Made by a program: the position numbers and the translations under genes
Assembly: GCF_028694895.1 (NCBI RefSeq)
Contig: NZ_JAQVKA010000002.1
Coordinates: 2,963-66,962, forward strand
Length of the DNA: 64,000 nucleotides
Origin: Sulfurimonas sp.
GTDB taxonomy: Bacteria; Campylobacterota; Campylobacteria; Campylobacterales; Sulfurimonadaceae
Direction: 5' to 3'
Part shown: in pieces, positions 14,524 through 24,287 of the stretch
Numbering within the stretch: the stretch's first letter is position 1
Layout of the letters: each line of letters begins with the position of its first letter
Notes under the pieces: model-generated
The model's database searches: none
What the model was told of the DNA's origin: nothing
Seen by the model: only the letters and a program-made list of their open reading frames with translations

Positions 14524-15822
14524 ATGAAAATATTTTTAGCACTTACATTTATTTTAGGAACTTTAATGGCATCATCACTACCAAAATATGAGACACAAAC
14601 TCTAAGTAATGGACTTCAAATTGTGGTTATTCCACTTAAAAACTCTACTAAGGTTATTAGTACAGATATTTTTTATAAAGTAGGAAGTAGAAACGAAGTA
14701 ATGGGTAAAACAGGTATCGCTCATATGCTTGAACACATGAATTTCAAATCAACAAAAAATCTTCCAGCTGGTGTGTTTGATAAAGAAGTAAAGAGCATAG
14801 GAGGCGTAAATAACGCTTCAACTAGCTTTGACTATACTCACTACTACATAAAATCAAGCACACAAAACCTAGAAAAATCTCTTGACCTTTATGCAGAACT
14901 TATGCAAAATCTTCTTCTAAAAGACAAAGAGTTTCAGCCAGAGCGCGACGTTGTAGCTGAGGAGAGACGATGGAGAACAGAGAACTCTCCGATGGGTTAC
15001 TTGTACTTTGCTCTTTTTAACAACGCTTATGTTTACCATCCATACCACTGGACACCGATTGGATTTATGAATGATATTCAGACATGGGATATTAAAGATA
15101 TAAAAGATTTTCATAAAACTTACTATCAGCCAAGCAACGCTATCTTGATGGTTACTGGTGATGTTGAGCCTAAAGATGTATTTAAAATTGCAAAAGAAAA
15201 ATTTGGTCATATAATAAACAAAGTAAAAATCCCAGAGTTTAAGTTTGTAGAACCTGAGCAAAATGGAGCAAAAAGAGTAATTATTCACAAAGAGAGCGAA
15301 GTAGAGATGTTAGCTATGACGTTTCATATCCCAAACTTTCAACATGAAGACCAAATAGTTCTGAGCATGATTTCAGAGATACTCTACTCTGGTAAAAGTT
15401 CAAGACTTTATAAAAAACTAGTTGAAGAAAAAGAGCTAGTAAACAGCGTATACGCTTACAATATGGAAAACATCGATCCAGGCCTTTTCATCTTCATAGC
15501 TACATGTAACCCAGATGTAAAAGCTGAAGATGTAGAAAAAGAGCTTCTTGAGCAGATAGAACTTATAAAAAATACAAAAGTTGACAAAAAAGAGATACAA
15601 AAGATAAAAATCAACACTAAAGCTGATTTCATCTACTCACTAGAGAGCTCTACTTCAGTTGCAAACCTCTTTGGAAGCTACCTTGTTAGAGGCGATTTAA
15701 CGCCTCTTTTAACATATGAACAAAACATTGAGAAAATCACTCAAGAGAGAGTTCAAGAAGTTGCACAAAAATATTTCAACTTTAACAAATCAACAACACT
15801 TATTCTAAAAAAAGGTAACTAA
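14524..15822 (+). CDS. M16 family zinc metallopeptidase (pitrilysin/insulinase-like), secreted
   Basis: HxxEH zinc motif (HMLEHMNF). Signal peptide MKIFLALTFILGTLMA. I chose the start at ATG 14524, immediately after the pyrD stop, rather than the 14506 start on the ORF track. Confidence 0.8.
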   Translation: MKIFLALTFILGTLMASSLPKYETQTLSNGLQIVVIPLKNSTKVISTDIFYKVGSRNEVMGKTGIAHMLEHMNFKSTKNLPAGVFDKEVKSIGGVNNASTSFDYTHYYIKSSTQNLEKSLDLYAELMQNLLLKDKEFQPERDVVAEERRWRTENSPMGYLYFALFNNAYVYHPYHWTPIGFMNDIQTWDIKDIKDFHKTYYQPSNAILMVTGDVEPKDVFKIAKEKFGHIINKVKIPEFKFVEPEQNGAKRVIIHKESEVEMLAMTFHIPNFQHEDQIVLSMISEILYSGKSSRLYKKLVEEKELVNSVYAYNMENIDPGLFIFIATCNPDVKAEDVEKELLEQIELIKNTKVDKKEIQKIKINTKADFIYSLESSTSVANLFGSYLVRGDLTPLLTYEQNIEKITQERVQEVAQKYFNFNKSTTLILKKGN

Positions 15823-16716
15823 ATGGATATTGTAACTGGTTCAACTACTGCACTAATTACCCCTTTTAAAAATGGAAAACTTGATGAGAGCGCGTATGCA
15901 AATCTCATAAAAAGACAGATAAAAAATGGTATAAATGCCGTCTGTCCAGTTGGAACAACTGGCGAGAGTGCTACACTTAGTTATGCTGAAGATAAGAGAT
16001 GTATTGAGATAGCTGTTGAAATGTGCCGTGGGACTTCTACTAAGGTTTTAGCAGGTGCAGGGAGCAACTCAACTTCTGAAGCGATAGAAGCTGCAATCAC
16101 TGCTCAAAAATGCGGTGTTGATGCGATTTTCTCAGTTGCACCTTACTATGTAAAACCTTCTCAAGAGGGTCTTTATCAACACTATAAAGCTATTGCTGAG
16201 TCTGTAGCAGATACGCCTTTTATGCTCTATAACGTTCCGGGAAGAACTGTTGTTGATATATGCGCAGACACAGTTATAAGACTATTTGATGACGTTAAAA
16301 ATATCTATGGCATAAAAGAGGCAACAGGAAGCCTAGAGCGCACCGTAGAGCTTCTCTCACGCAGACCTGAACTTAAAGTATTTAGTGGTGATGACGCGAT
16401 TGATTATCCAATCCTAGCAAACGGAGGAGCAGGAATAACTTCTGTAACTTCAAACCTTCTTCCTGATTTAAAAAGTGAGTTAGTAAGAAAAGCATTAAGT
16501 GGTGATTTCAAAGGTGCAAAAGCTATAAATGATATGCTTTTTCCAATCAATAAAGCCTTGTTTATAGAGTCAAATCCAATCATGATAAAAGCTGCTATGT
16601 ATATAGCTGGGCTCATTGATACACTGGAATACAGACTTCCTCTTGTTGCTCCAAGTGTTGAAAATATGAAAAAACTCGAGAGTGTTATGAAAAATTATGA
16701 AATTAAGGGTCTATAA
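15823..16716 (+). CDS. dapA: 4-hydroxy-tetrahydrodipicolinate synthase
   Basis: 297 aa. GTTGESATL motif and the catalytic-lysine context GIKEATG. Confidence 0.95.
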   Translation: MDIVTGSTTALITPFKNGKLDESAYANLIKRQIKNGINAVCPVGTTGESATLSYAEDKRCIEIAVEMCRGTSTKVLAGAGSNSTSEAIEAAITAQKCGVDAIFSVAPYYVKPSQEGLYQHYKAIAESVADTPFMLYNVPGRTVVDICADTVIRLFDDVKNIYGIKEATGSLERTVELLSRRPELKVFSGDDAIDYPILANGGAGITSVTSNLLPDLKSELVRKALSGDFKGAKAINDMLFPINKALFIESNPIMIKAAMYIAGLIDTLEYRLPLVAPSVENMKKLESVMKNYEIKGL

Positions 16717-16717
16717 A

Positions 16718-17500
16718 ATGGTAGAAAAAAGTATGCAAGGTAAAACTTTATTTGTAAGTGGTGGAACTCGTGGAATCGGTAAAGCAATCGTATATGCGTT
16801 TGCTCAAAGAGGATGCGATGTAGCCTTTACTTACGCAACAAAAGCTGATGCAGCAGAAGAAATAATTGCTGATGTTACATCAAAATATGGTGTAAAAATA
16901 AAAGCTTATAAACTTGATATTTTAGAACCAGATACATATAGAGATGTTTACGCAGAGTTTGATAAGGATTTTGATAGATTAGACTTCTTTATCTCAAACG
17001 CTATCATCTCAGGACGCGCTGTTGTTGGTGGATTTGGTCCATTTATGAGACTAAAACCAAAAGGATTAAATAACATCTATACAGCAACAGTTGATGCATT
17101 TGTTGTTGGAGCTCAAGAAGCAGCTAAGAGAATGGAGCTTACAGGTGGTGGAAGCATCATAAGCATGAGTTCAACTGGTAATCTTGTATATACTCCAAAC
17201 TATGCAGGTCATGGTACAAACAAAGCTGCAGTTGAAGCAATGGTACGTTACGCAGCAGCTGAACTTGGCGAAAAAGGTATCCGTGTAAATGCCGTAAGTG
17301 GTGGACCAATTGATACTGACGCACTAAAAGCATTTCCAAACTATGAAGAGGTAAAGAGCGAAGTAGTAAGACGCTCTCCTCTCTCTCGTATGGGAGAAGC
17401 TGAGGATTTAACTGGTGCATGTCTTTTCTTGTGTTCAGAGGCGTCATCTTGGCTTACAGGACAAACAATCGTCATCGATGGCGGAACAACTTTTCAATAA
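16718..17500 (+). CDS. SDR family enoyl-[acyl-carrier-protein] reductase, FabL-like
   Basis: VSGGTRGIGKA cofactor motif. NAVSGGPIDTDALKAFPN closely parallels Bacillus FabL. I chose the start at ATG 16718, 2 nt after the dapA stop. Confidence 0.65.
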   Translation: MVEKSMQGKTLFVSGGTRGIGKAIVYAFAQRGCDVAFTYATKADAAEEIIADVTSKYGVKIKAYKLDILEPDTYRDVYAEFDKDFDRLDFFISNAIISGRAVVGGFGPFMRLKPKGLNNIYTATVDAFVVGAQEAAKRMELTGGGSIISMSSTGNLVYTPNYAGHGTNKAAVEAMVRYAAAELGEKGIRVNAVSGGPIDTDALKAFPNYEEVKSEVVRRSPLSRMGEAEDLTGACLFLCSEASSWLTGQTIVIDGGTTFQ

Positions 17501-17533
17501 AAAATATTAACTAAAAAATGGTACTATCATTAC

Positions 17534-18442
17534 ATGAAAAAGATTGAAAAATTATTTGAACACTTAAATCTTATCTATTATGAGTATGATGCGGCCACGC
17601 ACTCATTCATCCTTGATAGAAGCTACTCTAATGAGCATGTCTTTGAGGAACTTATAAAAATAACTTATATTTTAAGCAAATATAATATAAGTTTTTTTGT
17701 TGATGAGAACAAATCTTTGGTGCTTAATAAAAAAAATAGTTTTTCTTCAAAAATAAAAAGAATAATATGCTCTTTTACTGAAAACATAAAAAACAATTCT
17801 TTAAATATTTATGTATTAAATGATAAAAAAGTAAAATGGGCTAAAAACTTACCTGTTATCAAAATAGAGAGAATCAATACAACTCTTGATATCGCATCTT
17901 ATGATGCTTTAATCTTTACGTCAAAAAGTGCAGTTCATACACTAAACTCTTATAATAAAGAGTGGAAGAGTAAACCTCTTTATGTAATAGCTCCTCAGAC
18001 TGCTAAAGTAGCAAGCAATCTAGGCGGTAAAATAAAATTTGTTAGTAAAGAGAAACATGGAAATGAGTTTGCTGCTGAGTTAATTCCTCTTTTAAAAAAT
18101 AAAAAAGTCCTCTACATAAGAGGCTCTAAAGTTGTCTCAGATTTAGTAGAAACTTTAAATGCAAACGAAGTTGTATGTGATGAGGCTATAGTTTATCAAA
18201 CAGTCTGTGTTGAGTTCAAAAAAAAGATAAAACTCCCAAAAAAATCTGTAATCATTTTCTCTTCTCCTTCTACGATAGAGTGTTTTTTGAAAAATGCTAC
18301 TTGGGATGAGAGCTACAAAGCTGTATCTATAGGTAACACAACTCAAAAATACTTTCCCTCATATATAACTCCTATCGTTGCTGATACACCTTCTCTTGAT
18401 TCATGTGTTAAAAAAGCTATAGAGTTATTATCAAAAAAATAA
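17534..18442 (+). CDS. hemD: uroporphyrinogen-III synthase with an N-terminal extension of about 95 aa
   Basis: 302 aa. The C-terminal 200 aa show a HemD-like pattern (YDALIFTSKSAVHT..., VIIFSSPSTIECF). The N-terminal region is unassigned. Confidence 0.55.
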   Translation: MKKIEKLFEHLNLIYYEYDAATHSFILDRSYSNEHVFEELIKITYILSKYNISFFVDENKSLVLNKKNSFSSKIKRIICSFTENIKNNSLNIYVLNDKKVKWAKNLPVIKIERINTTLDIASYDALIFTSKSAVHTLNSYNKEWKSKPLYVIAPQTAKVASNLGGKIKFVSKEKHGNEFAAELIPLLKNKKVLYIRGSKVVSDLVETLNANEVVCDEAIVYQTVCVEFKKKIKLPKKSVIIFSSPSTIECFLKNATWDESYKAVSIGNTTQKYFPSYITPIVADTPSLDSCVKKAIELLSKK

Positions 18443-18511
18443 AACGTTAAGATTTTATTTCATATAGCACTGTATAATGTTTTACTATATAAATCAAAAA
18501 GGAAATCTTAT

Positions 18512-19045
18512 ATGCAAACTATAAAAATAAAGCTAGTCGCTCTATCTTGCTCTCTTCTGCTTAGCTCAAATGTGGTAGCTGATCCAACACTTCCTCCACC
18601 GATACAAGATATGGTAAAAATGGAAAAACTAGCTGGCCCAGCAGGAGCATTTACAACAAAAGAAAACTTTCCAAAAGATTACTTTTTGATGCCAAAAAAT
18701 CTTCCATACTTAGTTGGAATAACGCTTTATGATAGCTCAAGTGCAAAATTAAACCTATCAAAAGAACAAATTGAAGCAATACTTAAAATAAAAGATGAAC
18801 TAATGGCAAAGGCTGCAAAAAAAGCTCTTGTTGTTAAAAATTTAGAACTTGATATGATGAAAGAGATCTCTTTTACACAAAACTCTAAAAAAGCTACTGA
18901 GTTTTATCCAGCAGTTGATGAGATAGCAAAACTAAGAGCAGAGCTTACAAAAATACATCTTGATTGTATAGAAAAAGTAAAAGCAATCCTCACTCCTGAA
19001 CAGTTTGAGGAGATGCTTGATTATGGCGTTGTGAATATGTTCTAA
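18512..19045 (+). CDS. periplasmic protein with LTxxQ-type motifs (Spy/CpxP-like)
   Basis: 177 aa with a signal peptide. LSKEQIEAIL and LTPEQFEEML repeats. Confidence 0.4.
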   Translation: MQTIKIKLVALSCSLLLSSNVVADPTLPPPIQDMVKMEKLAGPAGAFTTKENFPKDYFLMPKNLPYLVGITLYDSSSAKLNLSKEQIEAILKIKDELMAKAAKKALVVKNLELDMMKEISFTQNSKKATEFYPAVDEIAKLRAELTKIHLDCIEKVKAILTPEQFEEMLDYGVVNMF

Positions 19046-19049
19046 AGTA

Positions 19050-19077
19050 TATCGCCTCTTGGCGGTATTTATTTTTT
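19050..19077 (+). terminator. rho-independent terminator candidate
   Basis: TATCGCC-tctt-GGCGGTA hairpin followed by TTTATTTTTT. Confidence 0.6.
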
Positions 19078-19348
19078 AAAAATCATAAAACCAATCTTTT
19101 GGCTTTTTTAAGAATGGATTTTGCTCATAAAATTCTTCTTCATCAAGCTTAAATCTAAAACTTTGTATATACGTACTTACTAGTTTATACGCCTCATTTA
19201 TCTCTTTAAACTTTATTGCATTTCCACTAGGCATATCTGGATGATGTTTCTTTGATAACTTCTGATACTTTTTTTTAAGTTCACTTTGCGTTATTTTTGA
19301 TGCTATCTCTAGTGTATCAACAGCTTCTTGGAACTTTTCAAAGTTCAT
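19076..19348 (-). CDS. J-domain (DnaJ-like) protein
   Basis: 90 aa. HPD tripeptide in the context KKYQKLSKKHHPDM...FKEINEAYKLV. Confidence 0.7.
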   Translation of the reverse strand: MNFEKFQEAVDTLEIASKITQSELKKKYQKLSKKHHPDMPSGNAIKFKEINEAYKLVSTYIQSFRFKLDEEEFYEQNPFLKKPKDWFYDF

Positions 19349-20118
19349 ACCTTATCCTTATACAAAGAGTCACTAAATATAAAATTAACACCTATCTCAA
19401 ATAGTTCACGTGAGCGCGCAGCACTATTTACTGTATAAACTCCTACAAAAAAACCAGCTTCTCTTAGCATCTCTACACTCTTCTTATCAACTAATTCATC
19501 ATTTAAACAATAACCATCAACTCCAAGCTCTCTTAGATATGAGAGTAACTCTTTTGGGTGAGAATCCTCTACCAAAGCTGCAGTTGGGATATGAAGTTTT
19601 GTCTTTATCATCTTTAGATACTCGTGTCTAAATGAAGATATCAAAATCCTATCACTACACTCAGTATCATTTATCTCTTTTATAACCGTATCAACTACCT
19701 CTTCATCACCAAATGCACCGCTCATATCTTTTATCTCTAGATTTAAAAAAAGGTTGTTCTCTTTTATAAACATGAGGGCATCATGCAGTGTTAAGAGTGG
19801 CTCTGTTTTGGCATTATTTTTATAAAACCAGCTTCCATAATCAAGACTCTTTAACTCATCAAATGTAAAATCACTTACTCTATATGGCTTTTTTGAATTA
19901 AATGCTTCTATCTTGGAGACGTTTGTAGTTCTTAGAAGTGTATCATCATGCATAATTATAGCAACACTATCTCTACTTAGTTGAGTATCTATCTCTATAA
20001 AATCAGCTCTACCAATACTCTTTTTAAGCGCGCTAAGTGTGTTCTCGGGTGAGAGTGAATTCGCTCCTCTATGAGCAGCGATAAGCGCAGGTTTACTCAG
20101 TAGTTCTAAAAAATTCAT
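19345..20118 (-). CDS. glycerophosphodiester phosphodiesterase family protein
   Basis: 257 aa. GDPD motifs AHRGAN..PENT, IEIDTQLSRD and IMHDDTL. Confidence 0.8.
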   Translation of the reverse strand: MNFLELLSKPALIAAHRGANSLSPENTLSALKKSIGRADFIEIDTQLSRDSVAIIMHDDTLLRTTNVSKIEAFNSKKPYRVSDFTFDELKSLDYGSWFYKNNAKTEPLLTLHDALMFIKENNLFLNLEIKDMSGAFGDEEVVDTVIKEINDTECSDRILISSFRHEYLKMIKTKLHIPTAALVEDSHPKELLSYLRELGVDGYCLNDELVDKKSVEMLREAGFFVGVYTVNSAARSRELFEIGVNFIFSDSLYKDKV

Positions 20119-20121
20119 ATC

Positions 20122-21330
20122 TTATTTTATCCTCTTTATTGAGAGTTTGTCTTTGATGCTCTCTTTAGTTAACCTAGTTATCTGCTCTACACTAAGATTA
20201 GCTGGATATATCGGCGCAGAAAAAGTCACTATTATCTTTTTAGGTTTTGGAAACACTTTACCAGTTTCTAGCGCTTCGTAACTTCCATCAATTGTGATAG
20301 GTACAACTGGAATGTTAAATATCTTTGAGAGCATCGCAAAGAAAGGTCTAAACTCTAAGAGCTCTCTATCACGAGTTCTAGCACCCTCTGGAAATATAAC
20401 AAGATTATTGCCCTCTCTTAGAGGAAGTGCGCAATACTGCATAGTATGTTTTAAATCTTGATTAGCATCAATAAGTATAGTTTGTCCATGCTTTGATATT
20501 GGACCCAAGAGTTTGGTCCCAAAAACCTGTTTGTAGGCAAGAAAAAAGCTCTTCTTTAAAACAGCGTAAGGCAAGATAGCCTCAATCAAAAAACCATCAA
20601 GCATACTTTGATGTGAGGGTGCTAAGATACATGGATAAGATGGAATATTCTCAGCGCCTTTTACTTCAAGTCTAAAGTAGAGTTTAAAAAGGGGAAACAA
20701 CACGCTCTTATACATGGACATAATGATCGGTGAGTAGTAGAGCTTCTCATCAATATCCTCTTTTAGTATCTCATCCCAATTTGGCATAGATGCTTCCATC
20801 GTAAGGCTATTTTTTTTGATATAAGCATGTAAAGCTCTCATGCTCATAATATTTGAAAATATAGCTTCATCAATCTTTACTCCAAAACTCTGCTCTATAA
20901 AGACAAAAAGCTCTACATAGTTAAGAGAATCAAGCCCTAAATCAAGCTCAAGATGAGAAGATGGATATATTTTTCTTTTAGTAATTGTTGATATATAACC
21001 TCTTAGTATTTTATAAATATCATCATCAATATCGTCCTCTTTTATATGTTCCTCTTTATCACTGAAGAGTTCATCAATAGTGCGTGAGCCAATAGGCGAG
21101 AGAAGGATTTTATAGCCCTTTATTTTATCCTCTGCCTTAGCATCAATGTTATAAAGTTCAACCCCATACCACCTTATCTCTTCTGTAATATTGATAATTT
21201 TTGCCTCTTTAAGGGCGTCAAAATCTGGATAGACAAATGCGAAGTAGTGGCCATCTCGCATAACTATAAGAGCTTCCTTTATATACGGGCTGTACGAGAG
21301 TAGTAGTTGCTCTTTGTTATTCAAATCCAT
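20122..21330 (-). CDS. fusion protein: acyl carrier (PP-binding) domain plus lysophospholipid acyltransferase (PlsC family)
   Basis: 402 aa. Phosphopantetheine attachment motif LGLDSLNYVELF. Acyltransferase motifs HQSMLD (HX4D) and FPEGARTRD. The N-terminal 100 aa or so resemble the C-terminal subdomain of acyl-AMP ligases. Confidence 0.65.
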   Translation of the reverse strand: MDLNNKEQLLLSYSPYIKEALIVMRDGHYFAFVYPDFDALKEAKIINITEEIRWYGVELYNIDAKAEDKIKGYKILLSPIGSRTIDELFSDKEEHIKEDDIDDDIYKILRGYISTITKRKIYPSSHLELDLGLDSLNYVELFVFIEQSFGVKIDEAIFSNIMSMRALHAYIKKNSLTMEASMPNWDEILKEDIDEKLYYSPIIMSMYKSVLFPLFKLYFRLEVKGAENIPSYPCILAPSHQSMLDGFLIEAILPYAVLKKSFFLAYKQVFGTKLLGPISKHGQTILIDANQDLKHTMQYCALPLREGNNLVIFPEGARTRDRELLEFRPFFAMLSKIFNIPVVPITIDGSYEALETGKVFPKPKKIIVTFSAPIYPANLSVEQITRLTKESIKDKLSIKRIK

Positions 21331-21431
21331 TTTTTTTCTTTAATATAAGATTTCTATTTATATCAAACTTAATGTCAAGCCTACCTTAAGAGCCAAAAGG
21401 TTAAAATACGCGAAAAAAAACAAGGCTTTTT

Positions 21432-21986
21432 TTGTTAAATCTTCCTAATTTATTAGCATCTTTGCGCATTCTTATAGCTCCAATTATGTTTTGGATAATC
21501 CTAAATCCATCTCTTTTTACTGATGCTGGTTATCACATCTCATGGAGCTACTTTGCGGCTTCACTTCTTTTTGTTTTAGCTAGCGTTACTGATTTTTTTG
21601 ATGGTTATATTGCAAGAGAGTGGAATCAGATGACCATGCTTGGAGCGATAATCGACCCCTTAGCTGATAAAATGCTTATTATTGCGGCATTTTTAGGGCT
21701 TATGATGATAGGAGAAGCTAGTGCTTGGGCTATTTATATCATCATTATTCGTGAACTCTTTATCACAGGAATTCGTACTGTTGCACTTAGTGAAGGGCTT
21801 GACATAAAAGCATCATTTGCTGGAAAGGTAAAGACTGTTGTACAGATGATTGCTATTGGATTTTTACTTATGCACTGGCCATTTGGGACTGAACTTTTAT
21901 GGCTTGCAGTTGCCCTTACACTATATTCTGGTTTTGAGTATCTTTGGGGATTTAGAAGAGCCCTTTTAGTGGAGCGTAGCAAATGA
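21432..21986 (+). CDS. pgsA: CDP-diacylglycerol--glycerol-3-phosphate 3-phosphatidyltransferase
   Basis: 184 aa with a TTG start. CDP-alcohol phosphatidyltransferase motif DFFDGYIAR...G...DPLADK. Confidence 0.85.
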   Translation: MLNLPNLLASLRILIAPIMFWIILNPSLFTDAGYHISWSYFAASLLFVLASVTDFFDGYIAREWNQMTMLGAIIDPLADKMLIIAAFLGLMMIGEASAWAIYIIIIRELFITGIRTVALSEGLDIKASFAGKVKTVVQMIAIGFLLMHWPFGTELLWLAVALTLYSGFEYLWGFRRALLVERSK

Positions 21987-23035
21987 GTTTTTTAGTATCT
22001 TTAGCGGTTTTATCTGCGCTTATATTTTTTCATGAGTTAGGCCACTACTTTGCAGCTCGCTTTATGGGCGTTCGCATAGAGGTTTTTAGTATTGGTTTTG
22101 GGAGAAAAATTGCTTCATTTAACAGATGGGGATGCGAGTGGAGACTGGCACTTATCCCTCTTGGCGGTTATGTAAGGATGAAAGGTCAAGATGATAGCGA
22201 CCCAACAAAGAAGAGCTACGATAGTGATAGCTACAATGTAAAGACTCCTTTACAAAAGATATTTATCCTTCTTGCTGGCCCTTTTGCAAACTTTGTTTTA
22301 GCATTTTTCCTCTACTTTATCATCGCGTTAGGCGGACCAAACATTCTCTCGGCAGTAATTGGAAAAGTGGTAGAGAACTCTCCTGCATATGTGGCTGGTT
22401 TAGAAACAAATGACACAATCCGCTCAATTAATGGCGTAGAGATAGCTACATGGGAAGAGATGGCGAAGTTCATAGAACTCTCAGATGGCTCATTAGAACT
22501 TGAAATCAAAAGAGGCGAGGCTATAAAGCAAATCGTTTTAACTCCTAAAACAACACAAACAACAAATATTTTCAATGAAGTGATTGAAAAAAAGATGATT
22601 GGAATTGGAAGTGCGGGAGTTACTCATAAACTAGATCTTGGCATCAGTGAGACTCTATCTTATGCAACAAACCAGACAATTTTTGCCTCAACTCTAATCT
22701 TTAGCGGACTAAAAAAACTACTCTTTGGTGAAGTCCCCGCTAATGAGCTTGGCGGCGTTATATCCATAGTTAAATTAACCTCTGATGCAAGTGAAGCTGG
22801 ATGGATGAGCGTGCTCTTTTTTGCAGCACTTATCTCTGTAAATCTAGGCGTTTTAAACCTCCTACCAATCCCCGCACTCGATGGCGGACATATCATGTTT
22901 AATCTTTATGAATTTCTCTTTAGACGAGAAGTAAATGAAGCTATTATGATAAAACTAACTATAGCTGGATGGGTGATACTTTTCTCACTTATGGGACTTG
23001 GGCTTTATAACGATATAAATAGACTTATAGGATAG
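21983..23035 (+). CDS. rseP: RIP metalloprotease RseP (site-2 protease)
   Basis: 350 aa. HELGH zinc motif, a central PDZ-like region and a C-terminal NLLPIPALDGG motif. Confidence 0.85.
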   Translation: MSFLVSLAVLSALIFFHELGHYFAARFMGVRIEVFSIGFGRKIASFNRWGCEWRLALIPLGGYVRMKGQDDSDPTKKSYDSDSYNVKTPLQKIFILLAGPFANFVLAFFLYFIIALGGPNILSAVIGKVVENSPAYVAGLETNDTIRSINGVEIATWEEMAKFIELSDGSLELEIKRGEAIKQIVLTPKTTQTTNIFNEVIEKKMIGIGSAGVTHKLDLGISETLSYATNQTIFASTLIFSGLKKLLFGEVPANELGGVISIVKLTSDASEAGWMSVLFFAALISVNLGVLNLLPIPALDGGHIMFNLYEFLFRREVNEAIMIKLTIAGWVILFSLMGLGLYNDINRLIG

Positions 23036-23038
23036 AAG

Positions 23039-23713
23039 ATGAATAAAGAAGAGTACAAATTATATATTGATAATGTTATAAGAAGAGTTGAGTTTGCAAG
23101 AGTTAGATTTGATGAAAAACATATCGTAAAGATTGTAGCAATTAGCAAATACTCAACCTCCGATGAGATAAAAGAGCTCTACGAGATAGGTCAAAGAGCC
23201 TTTGGAGAGAACAAAGTTCAAGACTTAAAAACAAAGAGTGATGAACTTGATGAGTTGCCTTTAGAGTGGCATTTTGTTGGAAACTTACAAAAAAACAAAA
23301 TCAACAATCTACTAGACATTAACCCTACTCTATTTCACTCTCTTGACTCACTAGAGTTAGCTTATGAGCTACAAAAAAAACTTCTATCACGAGATATGAC
23401 ACTTAATGCGCTTCTACAAATAAACTCCGCGAAAGAAGAGTCTAAACATGGTGTTATGCCAGAAGTTGCAGTGCAAATCTACAACCAAATAAAAAAAGAG
23501 TGTCCAAATATAACTCTTCGTGGTGTTATGAGCATAGGCGCACATACAGATGATAAAAAAGTAATCAAAAAAAGTTTTGATATAACTTATGGTATCTATA
23601 AAGAGCTAGATGGTGCGGATATATGTTCTATGGGAATGAGCGGAGATTTTGAACTTGCAATCGAGTGTGGTTCAAACATGATAAGACTCGGCTCTATCAT
23701 GTTTAACAAATAA
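23039..23713 (+). CDS. YggS family pyridoxal phosphate-binding protein
   Basis: 224 aa. AISKY (PLP lysine context), HFVGNLQKNK and MGMSGDFE motifs. Confidence 0.85.
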   Translation: MNKEEYKLYIDNVIRRVEFARVRFDEKHIVKIVAISKYSTSDEIKELYEIGQRAFGENKVQDLKTKSDELDELPLEWHFVGNLQKNKINNLLDINPTLFHSLDSLELAYELQKKLLSRDMTLNALLQINSAKEESKHGVMPEVAVQIYNQIKKECPNITLRGVMSIGAHTDDKKVIKKSFDITYGIYKELDGADICSMGMSGDFELAIECGSNMIRLGSIMFNK

Positions 23714-23720
23714 AGACACC

Positions 23721-23760
23721 TCATTAATAATTCATTAAACTTCAATTAAAACATCGTTAA
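23721..23760 (+). promoter_or_regulatory. four helically phased direct repeats (TCATTAA / TCATTAA / TCAATTAA / TCGTTAA)
   Basis: Repeat starts at 23721, 23732, 23742 and 23754 (spacing 10-12 bp), 45-85 nt upstream of the operon encoding the LTxxQ protein, an OmpR-type regulator and a kinase. Confidence 0.35.
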
Positions 23761-23804
23761 TGTGGTGAGTCTATACTTCTTTTATCTAAACAAAGGAGTT
23801 CATC

Positions 23805-24287
23805 ATGAACAAGAAGATAATTTTAGGCTTAACAACAGCGTTGTTTTTAACCACATCAGTCATGGCTTATAATAAAAATCAACAAATGCCTCAAGGCTGC
23901 GAAAAAAGCACTGTTTGTAATATGCAAAATGCTAATAAGCATAAAGGTTCTCACAAATTTGTGAATATGATAATGAAGCTAGATTTAACAGATGCACAAA
24001 GAGCTGAAGTTGTCTCTATTCTCAAAGAGAGCAGAAAAAACATGCCAAACCCTAGCAATGCATTTACAGATACATCTTTTGATAAACAAGCATTTACAAA
24101 GTTAGCAAAAGAGCAAAGAGAAGCTAGAATTGAACGTAAAGCAGATATGATTGAGAAGATTTATAAAGTTTTAAACCCTTCTCAAAAGAAAGATTTAAAG
24201 ACAATGTTTGAGATGAGTTCGATTATGAAAAAACAGATAGGTAAAGGTATGAATTGTAATGATAAAAGTTGCAATGGTAGAGGATGA
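23805..24287 (+). CDS. periplasmic LTxxQ-motif protein (Spy/CpxP/ZraP-like)
   Basis: 160 aa with a signal peptide. LTDAQRAEV and LNPSQKKDL motifs. First gene of a two-component operon. Confidence 0.5.
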   Translation: MNKKIILGLTTALFLTTSVMAYNKNQQMPQGCEKSTVCNMQNANKHKGSHKFVNMIMKLDLTDAQRAEVVSILKESRKNMPNPSNAFTDTSFDKQAFTKLAKEQREARIERKADMIEKIYKVLNPSQKKDLKTMFEMSSIMKKQIGKGMNCNDKSCNGRG

